Part shown: piece after piece, positions 12,764-23,338 of the stretch
How the letters are laid out: each line of letters begins with the position of its first letter
How positions within the stretch are numbered: the stretch's first letter is position 1
Assembly (NCBI GenBank): GCA_977018835.1
Contig: OZ361259.1
Span: 1,240,001 to 1,304,000 of the forward strand
Reading direction: 5' to 3'
Source of the DNA: Minutocellus sp. GHC0000111
Taxonomy: Eukaryota
DNA length: 64,000 nucleotides
Notes under the pieces: generated by a model
What the model was told of the DNA's origin: nothing
Seen by the model: only the letters and a program-made list of their open reading frames with translations
Database searches by the model: none
Program-made: the position numbers and the translations under genes

Positions 12764-13966
12764 ATGCCCCTCAGGAAGCTCACTAACCTTGACATGGAAC
12801 ACATGGAATATGACTCTGTCTCTACTGTCACACTAGTCTCTGGTTGGGACAGCAATGCAAACAACGCCTTTAAGTTTCAGCATGCTGTGTCCACTGTAAT
12901 GAAGCTCAATCCTGTCTTGACAGGAAAGCTGGTCAAAACCAGCAGTGGAGTCCAAGTTGAGACTGGAGTGGTTGGTGTCAGTGATGTCTTTCAAGTCATC
13001 CAGTTCCCACCAAACAAAATTTTTGCCATGCCTGCATCTGCAGCAGCAGAGAAGCTGAAGGCACTACAAGAGCTTGCCTTGGAATTCAACTATGAAGTCA
13101 AAACTGGGACCACCTTGCTCAAGAACAAATCAAACATTTTTGAAGTTGGTCTCATGGCCCTCCCTTCTGGCTGTGCATGCTACAAGGTGAGCATTTCTCA
13201 TGCAATTGCAGATGGATCAACGCACTACAATGTGATGCAGCAGTTGTCTGATGTTTGGAATGGCAGGGAGCCGAGCATCTTGCTTGATTGGACACCCATT
13301 CCTGAGGTCTACCCTTTCAAAAGACCCCTTTCTGAGATCTCCCTCCTTGATAAACTCAAAGTTTCTTCAAATTTAATTTTCCTTGTATTTCAAGAGTGGC
13401 TGCTGAAAAAGTGGAGGGGGGAGAGGACTGCAAGGTGCATGGTTGTCAACAAGAGTGTCTGCAAGAGAGAAAAACTAGAAGGCAATGATGGCACATGTGA
13501 GTTCTTGAGCACCAACGATGTTGTGACTGCTGCACTTGTTGTTGCTTCCACAGCTGACAATCTGCTCATGGCTGCAGACCTTCGGGGCAAGCAAAGCCAG
13601 CACCCAAGCCTCTCCCACTGCACTGCAGGAAATTATGTCAAGGGCATTTTCTTCCGGGGAGCTGGCAGCACCCCTTCCATGGTCAGAAAGAAGGTTCTTG
13701 ACAGGCATAACAATTCATCTCAGCACTTTCTATTGGAAGGGCAAAATTTCTGTTTGGTTACAAATTGGGTGTCATTCATGACCTGTGTGGAAGGCGGAGG
13801 TCTTGGTGTTGTTGGGCACATGCCATCTATGTCGGCAAAGGCGCCCTTTGATGCAGCAATTATTTTCAAGCTTGACAATTCTAAAAGCATTGCTGTGTGT
13901 CACACAACATCAGGCACATTGTTGCTGACCAAGCACTCTGCCAGACCAAAGGCCTTTTTGAGGTAG
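12764..13966 (+). CDS. CoA-dependent acyltransferase (HxxxD transferase/BAHD-like fold)
   Basis: 'NPVLTGKL', 'SHAIADGSTHY' (HxxxDG), 'LSTNDVVTA', 'MAADLRG', 'GNY', 'TNW'; intronless ~400 aa. Confidence 0.75.
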   Translation: MPLRKLTNLDMEHMEYDSVSTVTLVSGWDSNANNAFKFQHAVSTVMKLNPVLTGKLVKTSSGVQVETGVVGVSDVFQVIQFPPNKIFAMPASAAAEKLKALQELALEFNYEVKTGTTLLKNKSNIFEVGLMALPSGCACYKVSISHAIADGSTHYNVMQQLSDVWNGREPSILLDWTPIPEVYPFKRPLSEISLLDKLKVSSNLIFLVFQEWLLKKWRGERTARCMVVNKSVCKREKLEGNDGTCEFLSTNDVVTAALVVASTADNLLMAADLRGKQSQHPSLSHCTAGNYVKGIFFRGAGSTPSMVRKKVLDRHNNSSQHFLLEGQNFCLVTNWVSFMTCVEGGGLGVVGHMPSMSAKAPFDAAIIFKLDNSKSIAVCHTTSGTLLLTKHSARPKAFLR

Positions 13967-14040
13967 TGCAAAACTGAGGGGTGGTTTGAAGAGGATGCTG
14001 CCACAGACAACCCATGAGGAGACTGGCCCCTGACAAGAGG

Positions 14041-14767
14041 GGGCATTGCTGTTGCCAATGTTTGGGCCACAAAATGACAAATCGTCTTTCCGTCAGTACG
14101 TCAATTTCTGCATTGCTAATTTTAATTTTCTTATTCAAACCCATTCTCGGCTTGGGAGTGTGATGCCCGGACCCCTCCACCACGGTGGACCATCACCCCC
14201 CTGCTACACGGTGTTGACACAAGACATGCGCATCCAGAAGGCCGGCCGATACCATTTCGCTTCACATGCGAAAGTTTCACCTGATTCCGACAGGCACAGC
14301 ACGAGACAACATCATGCACAACAATCAACCATGTAAAATCACACACAAAACGACCGCGGATGTCATGTGTTGCTGTGAGAGCCACAGCAGCCCAATCCCT
14401 CCAGCATTCCAAAGAGATGCGCCTGAGATATGTGTTCAATTGTTTTGTGGTCGATTGTTGTGTTTTGTTTTTGTGTCCCCACCCCGGCCGGCCGATGATG
14501 AGAGCAAAATTTGCCCCGTCGGCCCGTCACGTGTTTTTGAATCTTCGATCGAGCACAACATGTGCTGCGAATGGAACTTTGACCCCGCTCCTTCGCGCGA
14601 TGAACGAGAGGGGGTAGCGGCAGCAGTCCGGAGGCGTCGGGCGTGACTCCGGAGGATCTGCATTGTGTGCAGAAAATGACACATCTCATGAGCCCCCAAA
14701 ATCGAAGAAGATGGGGGCTCATTTTTGTCATTTTTGGGCCCAAAACTACGGAACTCACAACAACCCA
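14041..14767. mobile_element. Possible non-autonomous TIR element
   Basis: Imperfect inverted repeat tttgggccacaaaatgacaaa (~14061) / tttgtcatttttgggcccaaa (~14724); no TSD found. Confidence 0.3.
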
Positions 14768-15282
14768 CGCAATGGCAACCTCATGAAACGCGCACTGGGC
14801 AACACATGCAATCCTTCTACTTTTGCGTTCCGTTCTTCCACTCAAAACAGACACTGCCGGCTGCATGTTGGCATCTGCAGCCGCATCCGAGGCAGGTCGA
14901 TGGTCACAGACAGGCCCAGATTTTGACACAGCCGATTTCCGCGAAAGTGAGAAAAATCATCTGGATCATGGACCAGCTTGCTTGTTTTTCTGCTTTGGAC
15001 TCCGGTGCAGCTGATTTCGACACACGTCGACCTTTTTCATTTGGACCGCCTCTCAGCAGTGCGGCAGGCATGTTTACTTTTTGCGCATGTTGCCTTGACA
15101 GGTGGTGTCGCGGCGGAGCGGCTGCGTCCCCCATGGTCGAGAGGCGTCGGGATGGATTTTAATGCAGTGGTTGTTAGCTGAAAAGTATCCGTTGGTAGCG
15201 CACGTAGAAATCTCATTGTCTGTAGAGGATTGCCGCTCTTTGAAACTGTTTCAACATTGAAACTGAGGTTTTTGATGATGGG

Positions 15283-15427
15283 GAATCGAATGGTTGGTGG
15301 ACCAATTTGCGGTTCCTTTGGGAACATGTCAAATCTGGCTCAGAAACTCACCCGCATCTTCAGTTTTTCGTCGATTTGACCGACTTCTCGGCCGAATCCG
15401 CAAATGGTCCACCGACCATTCGATTCA
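15283..15427. repeat. Imperfect ~32-bp inverted repeat (foldback/MITE relic)
   Basis: gaatcgaatggttggtggaccaatttgcgg vs ccgcaaatggtccaccgaccattcgattc. Confidence 0.6.
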
Positions 15428-15676
15428 GCATGTTTTTTTCAACATGTCTTGCATGGAAAGTTTTGCCATTGCATTGGCGTGGAGGTGCGCAATCGCTCGG
15501 GGATGTTGAAAAGTTTTTGCCCGTAGCTAGGTACACATCCAGCCACACCATATTAGCTAGTAGTACCACGATGCATGCAATATTGAAGAGGGAAAAATGG
15601 CCAATCAACAGAAGATCCTTCCGCTGCCACCGTCATCCCTCACGCCAAACACTCGGGTTTATCCAGCCGACGAACG

Positions 15677-16945
15677 ATGGCTCCGAGAGGAGAGGCGGGC
15701 ATAATCGCTCCCAAGGTTCACGTCGTCGGATTTGCCGGTGACAGAGGAGCCGGTGCCGGAGGCTTGGGCAGCTTGCCGGCCAGTACATGTAGTTCTAGTA
15801 GGCTCGATAGTAGTAGGATACAAAGCGACGTTGGCGTTGTTGTTGTTGGTGGTGATGACGAGCCATCAAGTGGTAAAGGAGAAAGTGTCACAGAAACAGG
15901 GGCTCCGCAGTACGTGGCGAATGAAACGGCCAGGAGCAGTGTGTCGGACAAATCCAGCGCTGAAGCAGCACCGACGTCGACGTCGGCACCTTCTGAATCA
16001 TTGACCAAGGTACGGCAACATCGTGGCCTGTACTTCACAGAGCGAATAGAGCCCGGGGAAGAGTTCATCTTCATACCCTCCCGCTGCATGATCGGGGAGG
16101 AAATGCTGCACGATCGTGGTACAATTATGTTAGAGCAGAAGGGAGACGGGCCTGCCGGACATTCTGAACCATATCCAACCAACGACGACGATGACGAGCC
16201 CAGTGCTGGTGGCAGTGATCAAGATGATTCTGGTAGTGCTAGTAGTGAGAGCGGCCGGAATTTCATGGGCAGCAACACCAGCAATATTAATGGCCGCAGC
16301 ATCGGCGGAGTGAGTCCGAGTCAAACGCGAACGGAGATGCAGAACGAGCTCATGATGCTAATCGAAGAGATCAGTAGGATGTCAACCGAGCGAAAAAGGT
16401 CGGGAGGGAAGCACGAATGGAAGGCCGATGACAGTGTAGCTCTCTTCCTCGTTGGGTGCAAAAAGATCCAGAGTTTGGTACCATTCCGAGCCGCAGCCCG
16501 GTCGTCGCCGCCATTGTCGCCCGAAAATGTTTGCTGTCTCAACAATAGTAATGCCGCGGAAACAACAGACTCAAGGCCACCGCCTTGCTTTGTTCCGCAT
16601 GTTTCCATGCTGCCACATTCGTTCCCTACGAATCGGCTCTACTATTCTCCGGAGGAGCTAGAACGTATGGGTGGGGAAATTCGCACCGACGGCAAGCGGG
16701 TGACCCGAAAGGACATGCTCAAGCAGATTGAATACGATCACGCCGAGCTGGTAGATCTTCTGAGTGAATACTACCAAGATCGAGGTGGTATTGAGGCCGC
16801 CAAGCACGTTTACAAGTACTGCGATGTCCCCGAGAAGGAAGGTCCTGTAGGCGCGTGGTACTCATGCTTTGTTTTGGATCCTGTCCTTGATTTGACCATT
16901 GACTCATACAAGTGGGCCTTGAGGTATGGTCGGTGTTATGGTTGA
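15677..16945 (+). CDS. SET-domain (RuBisCO-LSMT-like) protein, N-terminal part; C-terminal exon not found
   Basis: 'HRGLYFTERIEPGEEFIFIP', 'PHVSMLP..YYSPEELE', 'YKWAL' followed by a GT donor near 16924. Confidence 0.5.
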   Translation: MAPRGEAGIIAPKVHVVGFAGDRGAGAGGLGSLPASTCSSSRLDSSRIQSDVGVVVVGGDDEPSSGKGESVTETGAPQYVANETARSSVSDKSSAEAAPTSTSAPSESLTKVRQHRGLYFTERIEPGEEFIFIPSRCMIGEEMLHDRGTIMLEQKGDGPAGHSEPYPTNDDDDEPSAGGSDQDDSGSASSESGRNFMGSNTSNINGRSIGGVSPSQTRTEMQNELMMLIEEISRMSTERKRSGGKHEWKADDSVALFLVGCKKIQSLVPFRAAARSSPPLSPENVCCLNNSNAAETTDSRPPPCFVPHVSMLPHSFPTNRLYYSPEELERMGGEIRTDGKRVTRKDMLKQIEYDHAELVDLLSEYYQDRGGIEAAKHVYKYCDVPEKEGPVGAWYSCFVLDPVLDLTIDSYKWALRYGRCYG

Positions 16946-17219
16946 TAAGATAGAAGGAACTCATTGCCACATGACTGCTAATCTGCAAAGACATTATCTC
17001 GATTTCGCTATCTATGATAATATTTACATTAATGTCAAAATTATGTACTCTGTAGCCCTCGCGATCCATCGCGGTTTGCGCCTCATCCTCATACATTTTG
17101 GCTGAGTCAAATCGTCAAATACTGCGTCCTTTTCGTTCCAGAATTCGATTCACCAAAATCAAATTCTTCATCATGCGCGTAACTCGATCAATTTGCTCAA
17201 CGCTACGCCTGCCAAATCC

Positions 17220-18391
17220 TTACTTCTTTGGGAAGAGTATCTCCTCGAACTGCTTCCAGAGAATCGAGAAGAGAATGCCCTGCATACCATTGGCAAGAAT
17301 CTTGGTCTCCAGACCACGGAACATTAAGCCTCTAATACCAGATTCCTCGATCACATTCTTGACCACCTGAGGATACGACAAGTTCTCCGGATGCGACTGC
17401 TTATAAACCTTCACGACACGGATCGAGTTGGAGCAAGTATCACTAACAGCCGATGCGCAGAAACCCATCAGAGCCCGACGGCCGAGCTCGCCCAGCTGAG
17501 TGTCCTGCTTGGGGATCTTGGAACCCAAGAAGTTGTATGTGGCAAACCTATATAAAGAAAGAGGAACACAATGGATGTGAGCGGACGGTACTTTCGGTTA
17601 TAAAGGGCACCTCACATTGGAAAATCCAATCAATTTGTTCTATATCGCAATTTTGAACACTTACCAAGGGTAATGGCCGACGAACGTAGCACTTGCGGCG
17701 GCAATGCTGCCCTGATAAAGGGCAGGAATGCCGCCAACCTTGACCTTGTCAATGACGTTCGAAAACTTGCCCGTGACCTGTTGCGATTGTAGGAGGTAGA
17801 TACGATGTAGGCAATCGAAGATGAGTAAACAATGACTTTTGACAAATAAATTAACATTCAATTCGCTTGTTTCGGTTGCCATATTCATTGCCCCATGCTC
17901 CATAATTGATGGCGAAAGCTACTACGTAGCTAGTACATGAAAGGCCGACGAACCAAGGCACGCACCTGCATGGTAGTCTTGACTGTGTCAACGGGCATGA
18001 GGAAGATACGGAACAATGCCGCAAACGTACTGGCGGCCACGGTCTTGATACCGACGCTCATGTCCTTGGTGGCATCCATGGAATCCAAGAGGGTGAGCAT
18101 TCCGGTATTGGCGGCGGTATCACCGAATCGAGAGAGGGGGCCCTGAATCAACGCCGGCGCGACACCGCGGTAGAAGCGGGGGATGCCACCGTCGGCGTAC
18201 AAGGTCCGGAGGGCGACGGGGAACGAGGTGCCGTTCCTGTATTGGTAGTTGACCGTTGTGCGCATCCACATCAAGCAGGCAACGTTGGCTCCCATGGCAC
18301 ATGCTCCCGCGGTGCCGCCGCGCATGGCACTGGCGGCTGCCTTGTTGAGCACTTCATTCCACTGCAGTGGTTCCTTGGCTGCTGAAGTCAT
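17220..18391 (-). CDS. Mitochondrial carrier family protein (exons 17966-18391, 17665-17777, 17220-17547)
   Basis: PxDxxK signature 'PVDTVKTTMQ', 'GGIPRFYRG', 'GIRGLMFRGL'; in-frame GT-AG introns. Confidence 0.9.
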
Positions 18392-19215
18392 TATTATATG
18401 TGTTTGGTATTGTATTGAATTGATATGTGGGTATCGTTCCGCAAGTGGCAAAAGACCGCCGGTTGTTGCGAACAAAAATGAGCGAGAAAGCTTGGGCAAT
18501 GACGATGACGTTGCAAGCGGCAGCAAGTGGCCCTTTTGGGTGTTTCCCCGATTTGATTTAGCCCCTTTTCTTAACGACGCCGAGGAGGCAGCAGGGGCCC
18601 GGTGGGGGAAAGATTGGACAGAGATTGATTCTTCAATGTGCGAACTCACTCATCAAAACCACATACTTAGCTAGCTCTAGAGATTGAGAACTACATGCAT
18701 AAATCAACCTATGTTAAAGCAAATGTAATGACCCAGACGTACGCTACAGAGCAGCCATCGAAGCTCGACCGAATGCTTCTCATGTGTGACTGAACTTTGG
18801 CTGGCTTGACAACAAACATCACTACCGGTGCAACTTTTGTTTCATCTTGCCATGTCCCGGGCATGCCTACCCAATAGCATTGCGAAACCGAAACAAAGCA
18901 AAACGAATGCATCTCCATCTCCGAATATTTATTTGTAGAATGTCCCTGAGAGTGGTCAGTGGTGAGACCGCCCACGCACACACCGCACCATGCATGCATT
19001 GCGCCACACATTTTTAATCTTCAGTGTGCCATTTTCTTTCTTTTCTCGCCGTACGACGTACCCATTCCACCCATCAGAACTACAAGATCACCATTTAATA
19101 ATTGATCCCGAAGCTCTTCCGCGATAAACGCCAATCCACATCCTGTCTTCTTGTCTGTCCGCCCCCAGGCATTGCCACGATTCCACAATTTTGTCCAACC
19201 AGAACCGGAAGGTGC

Positions 19216-19527
19216 TTGCTTTCGGATGCCAAACTGATGCTTGCACTCCTCCAGAGCCTGCGCTTTCAGCTGCGGGTCGACCTGGCCGGACTGTGGGTCG
19301 GTTCCCAGGGGGCGGCGGAAGAGGAGGATGTGCGGCTCCGGGCGGTGGATGGCGCAACAATGGACCCAGCCGCGGGATTGCTGCACTCCGATGCCACGCC
19401 ACTCGCTCTCGGTGAGGAGGCGGTTCTTGGGGAGGGACTTGGCCAGGTCCTTGGGGAGGATGACGTGCCGGCACTCGTTGTCCTCGTCGGCGTGCTTTTT
19501 GGAGCATTCGATGCGGTTGGCGCTCAT
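19216..19527 (-). pseudogene. CKS1: Cyclin-dependent kinase regulatory subunit CKS1, hypermutated (tyrosines lost; probable stop now CAA, ORF reads on to 19021)
   Basis: 'RHVILPK', '[17 protein letters not shown]', '[13 protein letters not shown]'; conserved Tyr positions read C or H. Confidence 0.9.
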
Positions 19528-20159
19528 GTTGGCTTGCTTCGTGGTAGGTTAGAGGCAGAATGTCAGGCAATCAATTCAATTCAAGAGCAATGCGAACACA
19601 AGGTCGCGGACAGCAGTTTCAGGGACCCGGTTTTCGGGTCTTTGGGCAAAATCTCATAAAATTCAGCACAAACGCACGCAGCAAGCTTTCGACCTGTCTT
19701 CAAGATGGCGGTGACGGCAGTGCCGACGGCATCCGCTTCACGCAAGGGATAAGCGTGGCATCTCCAGAACGGGTTGGTCCTTGACCTTGGACTGACTCGG
19801 AGACATCGATTTCATCTTCCCATGCCAGCGTCTGGCCGATTCACCCCATCCATCGCCCCTCCCGAATTCTGCCAGTTTTGACAACCGGTCACCTCCTCCA
19901 CCTCCCGACCCCACCACCACCTCCCAAATGCATTGATTCAAGTAGCCATGTGGTTTGAGCTCCGATATCGGTCTCCATGGTCCCCACAATGGCGTGTCTT
20001 GTGCGGTCCGGGTGACCCCGCGCCAAAATCGAGCGGGCCAAAAAAATCATCACCCGCCCGGCGCGCCCGCCACTCAATGAAACCTTCCTCATTTCCAACC
20101 CACCCGACACACAAACTGTTGCTCTACTGCCACAAAACACTGCATCCAACACCATATTA

Positions 20160-21803
20160 ATGCAAATGGCTGTCACTACTGCTGCCACCGCAGCTGATGC
20201 GCCAGCATGTCGCCGCTCCCGTCGGTCCGGCAGCTCCATCCCATGCTTTGATTGTTTTGTCCATCGGAGCGGCACCATCGATGCCTCTACGATTCGTGGC
20301 AAGTCTCCTGGGATGATCCAGACCATAGCGAACCGGGCATGGGCGGGCCTCTCACTTCAGAAACAGCAGGACATTGTGGAGCAAGCCCGAGAGGAGGAGC
20401 TGTGCTGTCCGAGCCAGACCGGTCCTGATCCGGCACAAGATGTGCCGATTTCTCAAATTCAAATTGCTCGGCGCAATTCGTCATCCAACAACGCCGATGC
20501 CAGTTCTGAGCCGACGGTCGAGGACAATGCTGGTGTCGCTGCTCGTCCTGGTGATGACAACATCGAAGCTGGGGGCATCGCCGAGTCCATGGTGGTGGAT
20601 GGAAGCGGCAACAGTGAAGAATCTGGCAATCCTGCCAGTGTCGGTGTTTCTGCTACCGGCACCGCCAATTCTGGTGGATCGACCGAGGAGAATTTGGATG
20701 TGCTGCTGGTTGAGGCCGAAGCGCAATACAAAGCTGCAGAGGAGGCTTTGAAAGGGCTAAGGGACACCTTGAAACGAGAAAAGCGGAAGGATGAAAAGGC
20801 CATGGCCGGTGCCGAGAAGAAAAGGAACAAAATGAAGGATGAGAACGGCAATTTACCGAATGGAAAGAAGCGAGTTCTCCTCGTGCATTACGATGAGAAA
20901 TGGTTCTGGGGTCTCGTCCTCCGAGCTTTTGCGAAGGCTTGCGAGGAAATCGGCGTGAAAAAGCGAGATTACGCGGCCTTTCACAGGAGCCACATCAACA
21001 AGGTCATGGCCATTGCATTTGTTGCCGCTGTCTTTGACGGTTCTCTTGAGAGTGGGTGCGAGGTTGTAAAACTGCCACTGGTACGAGCTCAAGCTCCTAA
21101 AATAGCGGAGCGAGCTCAGTGCGAAGCAGCATCACAGCCTGATGGTTCAATACGGCACCCAAATACCAACCCCGATGGGACACCAAAGGAACCTCTTCGC
21201 CGGAAAGTAGAGTCGTTTCTTGTTGATTGTTGCGTTACTGGATCGAACGAAGGCACCAAAAAGGATCCGAAATGCTCTTTGCTCCTCGTATTCAAGGAGA
21301 CTATTTTCCCAGCGATTCTCAACCTTGTCGGTCCGGGCAAGCAATACGAAGATTGCCATGTTATTTTCCAGGGCGACCAGGCCGGGCCTCACGAGGACGG
21401 AACCTTCACGCAATTTGTTACTAACTTCTGTGCTGAGCAAGGCTGGACGTGGCAGCCACAGGCACCGCAGATGCCTCACGCCAACGTCCTTGACTTGAGC
21501 GTGTTCCCCGCGATGAGCCGGCGGCACTCGGAATGGGCACGAAAAATGGTAGGCACCTCCGTCATTTCCACCGACCAGATCTGGGACACTGCCGAGGACG
21601 TTTACGATAGCATGCCTAACTGCAAAATTGCTTCGGCCTTCATTCAGTACTGGAGGATAATGGGCCTGGTGATTAAGGCCGGTGGTAGCAATGAGTTTGT
21701 TGGAAGGTTGGGTGACGAAAACTTGCACACTGGAATTAGGATCGACTTCAACGAAACGGCCAAGGGGATGGAGCCCTCAGCTCGTCATCCTTCTAATAAA
21801 TAG
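20160..21803 (+). CDS. Mariner-like DDD transposase (38 residues between D2 and D3), probably defective
   Basis: 'VHYDEKWF', 'IFQGDQAGPH', 'QAPQMPHANVLDLSVF' resemble plant-type mariner motifs; no HTH visible before the catalytic domain. Confidence 0.8.
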   Translation: MQMAVTTAATAADAPACRRSRRSGSSIPCFDCFVHRSGTIDASTIRGKSPGMIQTIANRAWAGLSLQKQQDIVEQAREEELCCPSQTGPDPAQDVPISQIQIARRNSSSNNADASSEPTVEDNAGVAARPGDDNIEAGGIAESMVVDGSGNSEESGNPASVGVSATGTANSGGSTEENLDVLLVEAEAQYKAAEEALKGLRDTLKREKRKDEKAMAGAEKKRNKMKDENGNLPNGKKRVLLVHYDEKWFWGLVLRAFAKACEEIGVKKRDYAAFHRSHINKVMAIAFVAAVFDGSLESGCEVVKLPLVRAQAPKIAERAQCEAASQPDGSIRHPNTNPDGTPKEPLRRKVESFLVDCCVTGSNEGTKKDPKCSLLLVFKETIFPAILNLVGPGKQYEDCHVIFQGDQAGPHEDGTFTQFVTNFCAEQGWTWQPQAPQMPHANVLDLSVFPAMSRRHSEWARKMVGTSVISTDQIWDTAEDVYDSMPNCKIASAFIQYWRIMGLVIKAGGSNEFVGRLGDENLHTGIRIDFNETAKGMEPSARHPSNK

Positions 21804-21898
21804 ATAGTGTTAATGTCTTTACACATGTATTAAATAAATGTTACACGTCTACAAATTATTTATAGATCTACATGTAAGATGCAGCAGCATTGGTTTGT

Positions 21899-23037
21899 TT
21901 ATGTCACGGTGGGCTTCTTTGTTCTTCTATTTCTACCGGTATTCTTTTTTGCCTCCTTGGCCTTCTTATGATCATTAGAAAGCCACACAGCGTGGAGGGA
22001 CTGACGAATCTTTCCGCGCTTCACACCATATGCATCGGCAAGTTTATTGTCAGTGAGGGCAGGGTGAGCAGTTGGTTGTTTACTCCCATCCTCATATCCC
22101 AACTTATATGCATCTAATGCAATCTTGTCAGTAGATAATGCAATAGAGAATTCTATTGTCTTGTTATCATACAATCCGAGTTCTCTGCTTCTCCACCCTT
22201 TCGGGTAGGCACCACGACCCTCTCTTACTTGGCGATCGACTTCGATCATGCCTAGCACTGTGGTGACTGCGACCTCGCTACCCCAACCAGGAACTTGTTT
22301 GAAGGGGAGGTAGACCCCTTTCTCTTTTCTTCTTGGTTCGGGCCTCTGACTACATGTGGGTGACTTGTAGTTCTTTATGTCTTGTGGTAGTGGTGCTTCT
22401 CCGTACGTCAAAAAGCACGCAAGCCTCCGATGTTCCTCAACCTCTCGTTCAATCTGTCGTTCGGTTGGTTCGGTTGGAGGCAAGGGCTCCAAGATGGTAG
22501 GGGATGACAATTGAAGGTTGCTGAACGACGGGCATGAGCGGCTTGGGGTAAGAGCATACTGAGTATGAACTGACATTGGACTTGTTACCATGGGCGTGGC
22601 GGAGGGAAGGTCGAATGAGCCCACGGGCTTTCTCCTCTCGCCGCTTGGCTTTGCGTCGGCGGTTGCTATGCTCATCTCTGAGAATGAATCATCTTCATCA
22701 GAATGAGATGAAACGGTAGCGGTACCGCGAAAGTCGGCACGCAATATGTGTCATGATGCAAGTACTTCCTTGCTTGGGCTTGTTCGGCGGCGAAGCCATC
22801 CTCTTCGTTGTACTCGCGTCGATATTTCAACACACGAGGAGATTTGAGGTCTGACGATGCCGGTGGGACCCCTTGGTTGTCCTCCTCGTCATCGTTGTCC
22901 TTGTTCTCTCGATACCGCGGATGTTCCGGCGTTTCGTTGGAAGTTTCCTTCTCATGGCGCGAGGGGCTGAATGCAGTCGCCTCGGCGCGTTTCGGTGGAC
23001 GCGGTGGACTGAAGATGTGTCCCTTTGGAGTATCCAT
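21899..23037 (-). pseudogene. Passenger ORF of unknown function inside the transposon, frameshift near 22745
   Basis: Two overlapping ORFs (121 and 281 aa) convergent with the transposase and inside the TIRs. Confidence 0.55.
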
Positions 23038-23338
23038 GAGTATGGAAGCTTATTGAAGCGCCAGTCGGCAGAAGTTGCCCAGTCTATTTGTGGTAATTGC
23101 TTGGAGGTCGGTTGTTGACGGATGTGTTTTGATTTGCTTGCTTTGCCGCGTGTTTTTCAAGGTGCGCGCAAACCGCCGTGTCGGAAAGTCCAAAGACCCA
23201 AAAAACCGGGTCCCCGAAATTGCTGTCCCGGACCTCGTATTTCGCGCGCCCGCCATCCTCCTGAACGGACGACGGACGGAACCTCACTCCGCTCCGCTCC
23301 CATCTTCCCATCCCCACAATAATCATGCTCGAGCTCCC

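Larger units (their letters stand above)
19599..23237. mobile_element. Tc1/mariner-superfamily transposon (~3.6 kb) with ~50-bp imperfect TIRs
   Basis: Left caaggtcgcggacagcagtttcagggacccggttttcgggtctttgg vs right revcomp cgaggtccgggacagcaatttcggggacccggttttttgggtctttgg; TA at 23238-9, CA at 19597-8. Confidence 0.85.

Noticed and set aside
19021..19527. Alternative genetic code or RNA editing to explain Tyr->Cys/His
   Set aside because: Neighbouring genes use TAC/TAT normally, and the change also hits a non-coding TA target duplication, pointing to DNA mutation
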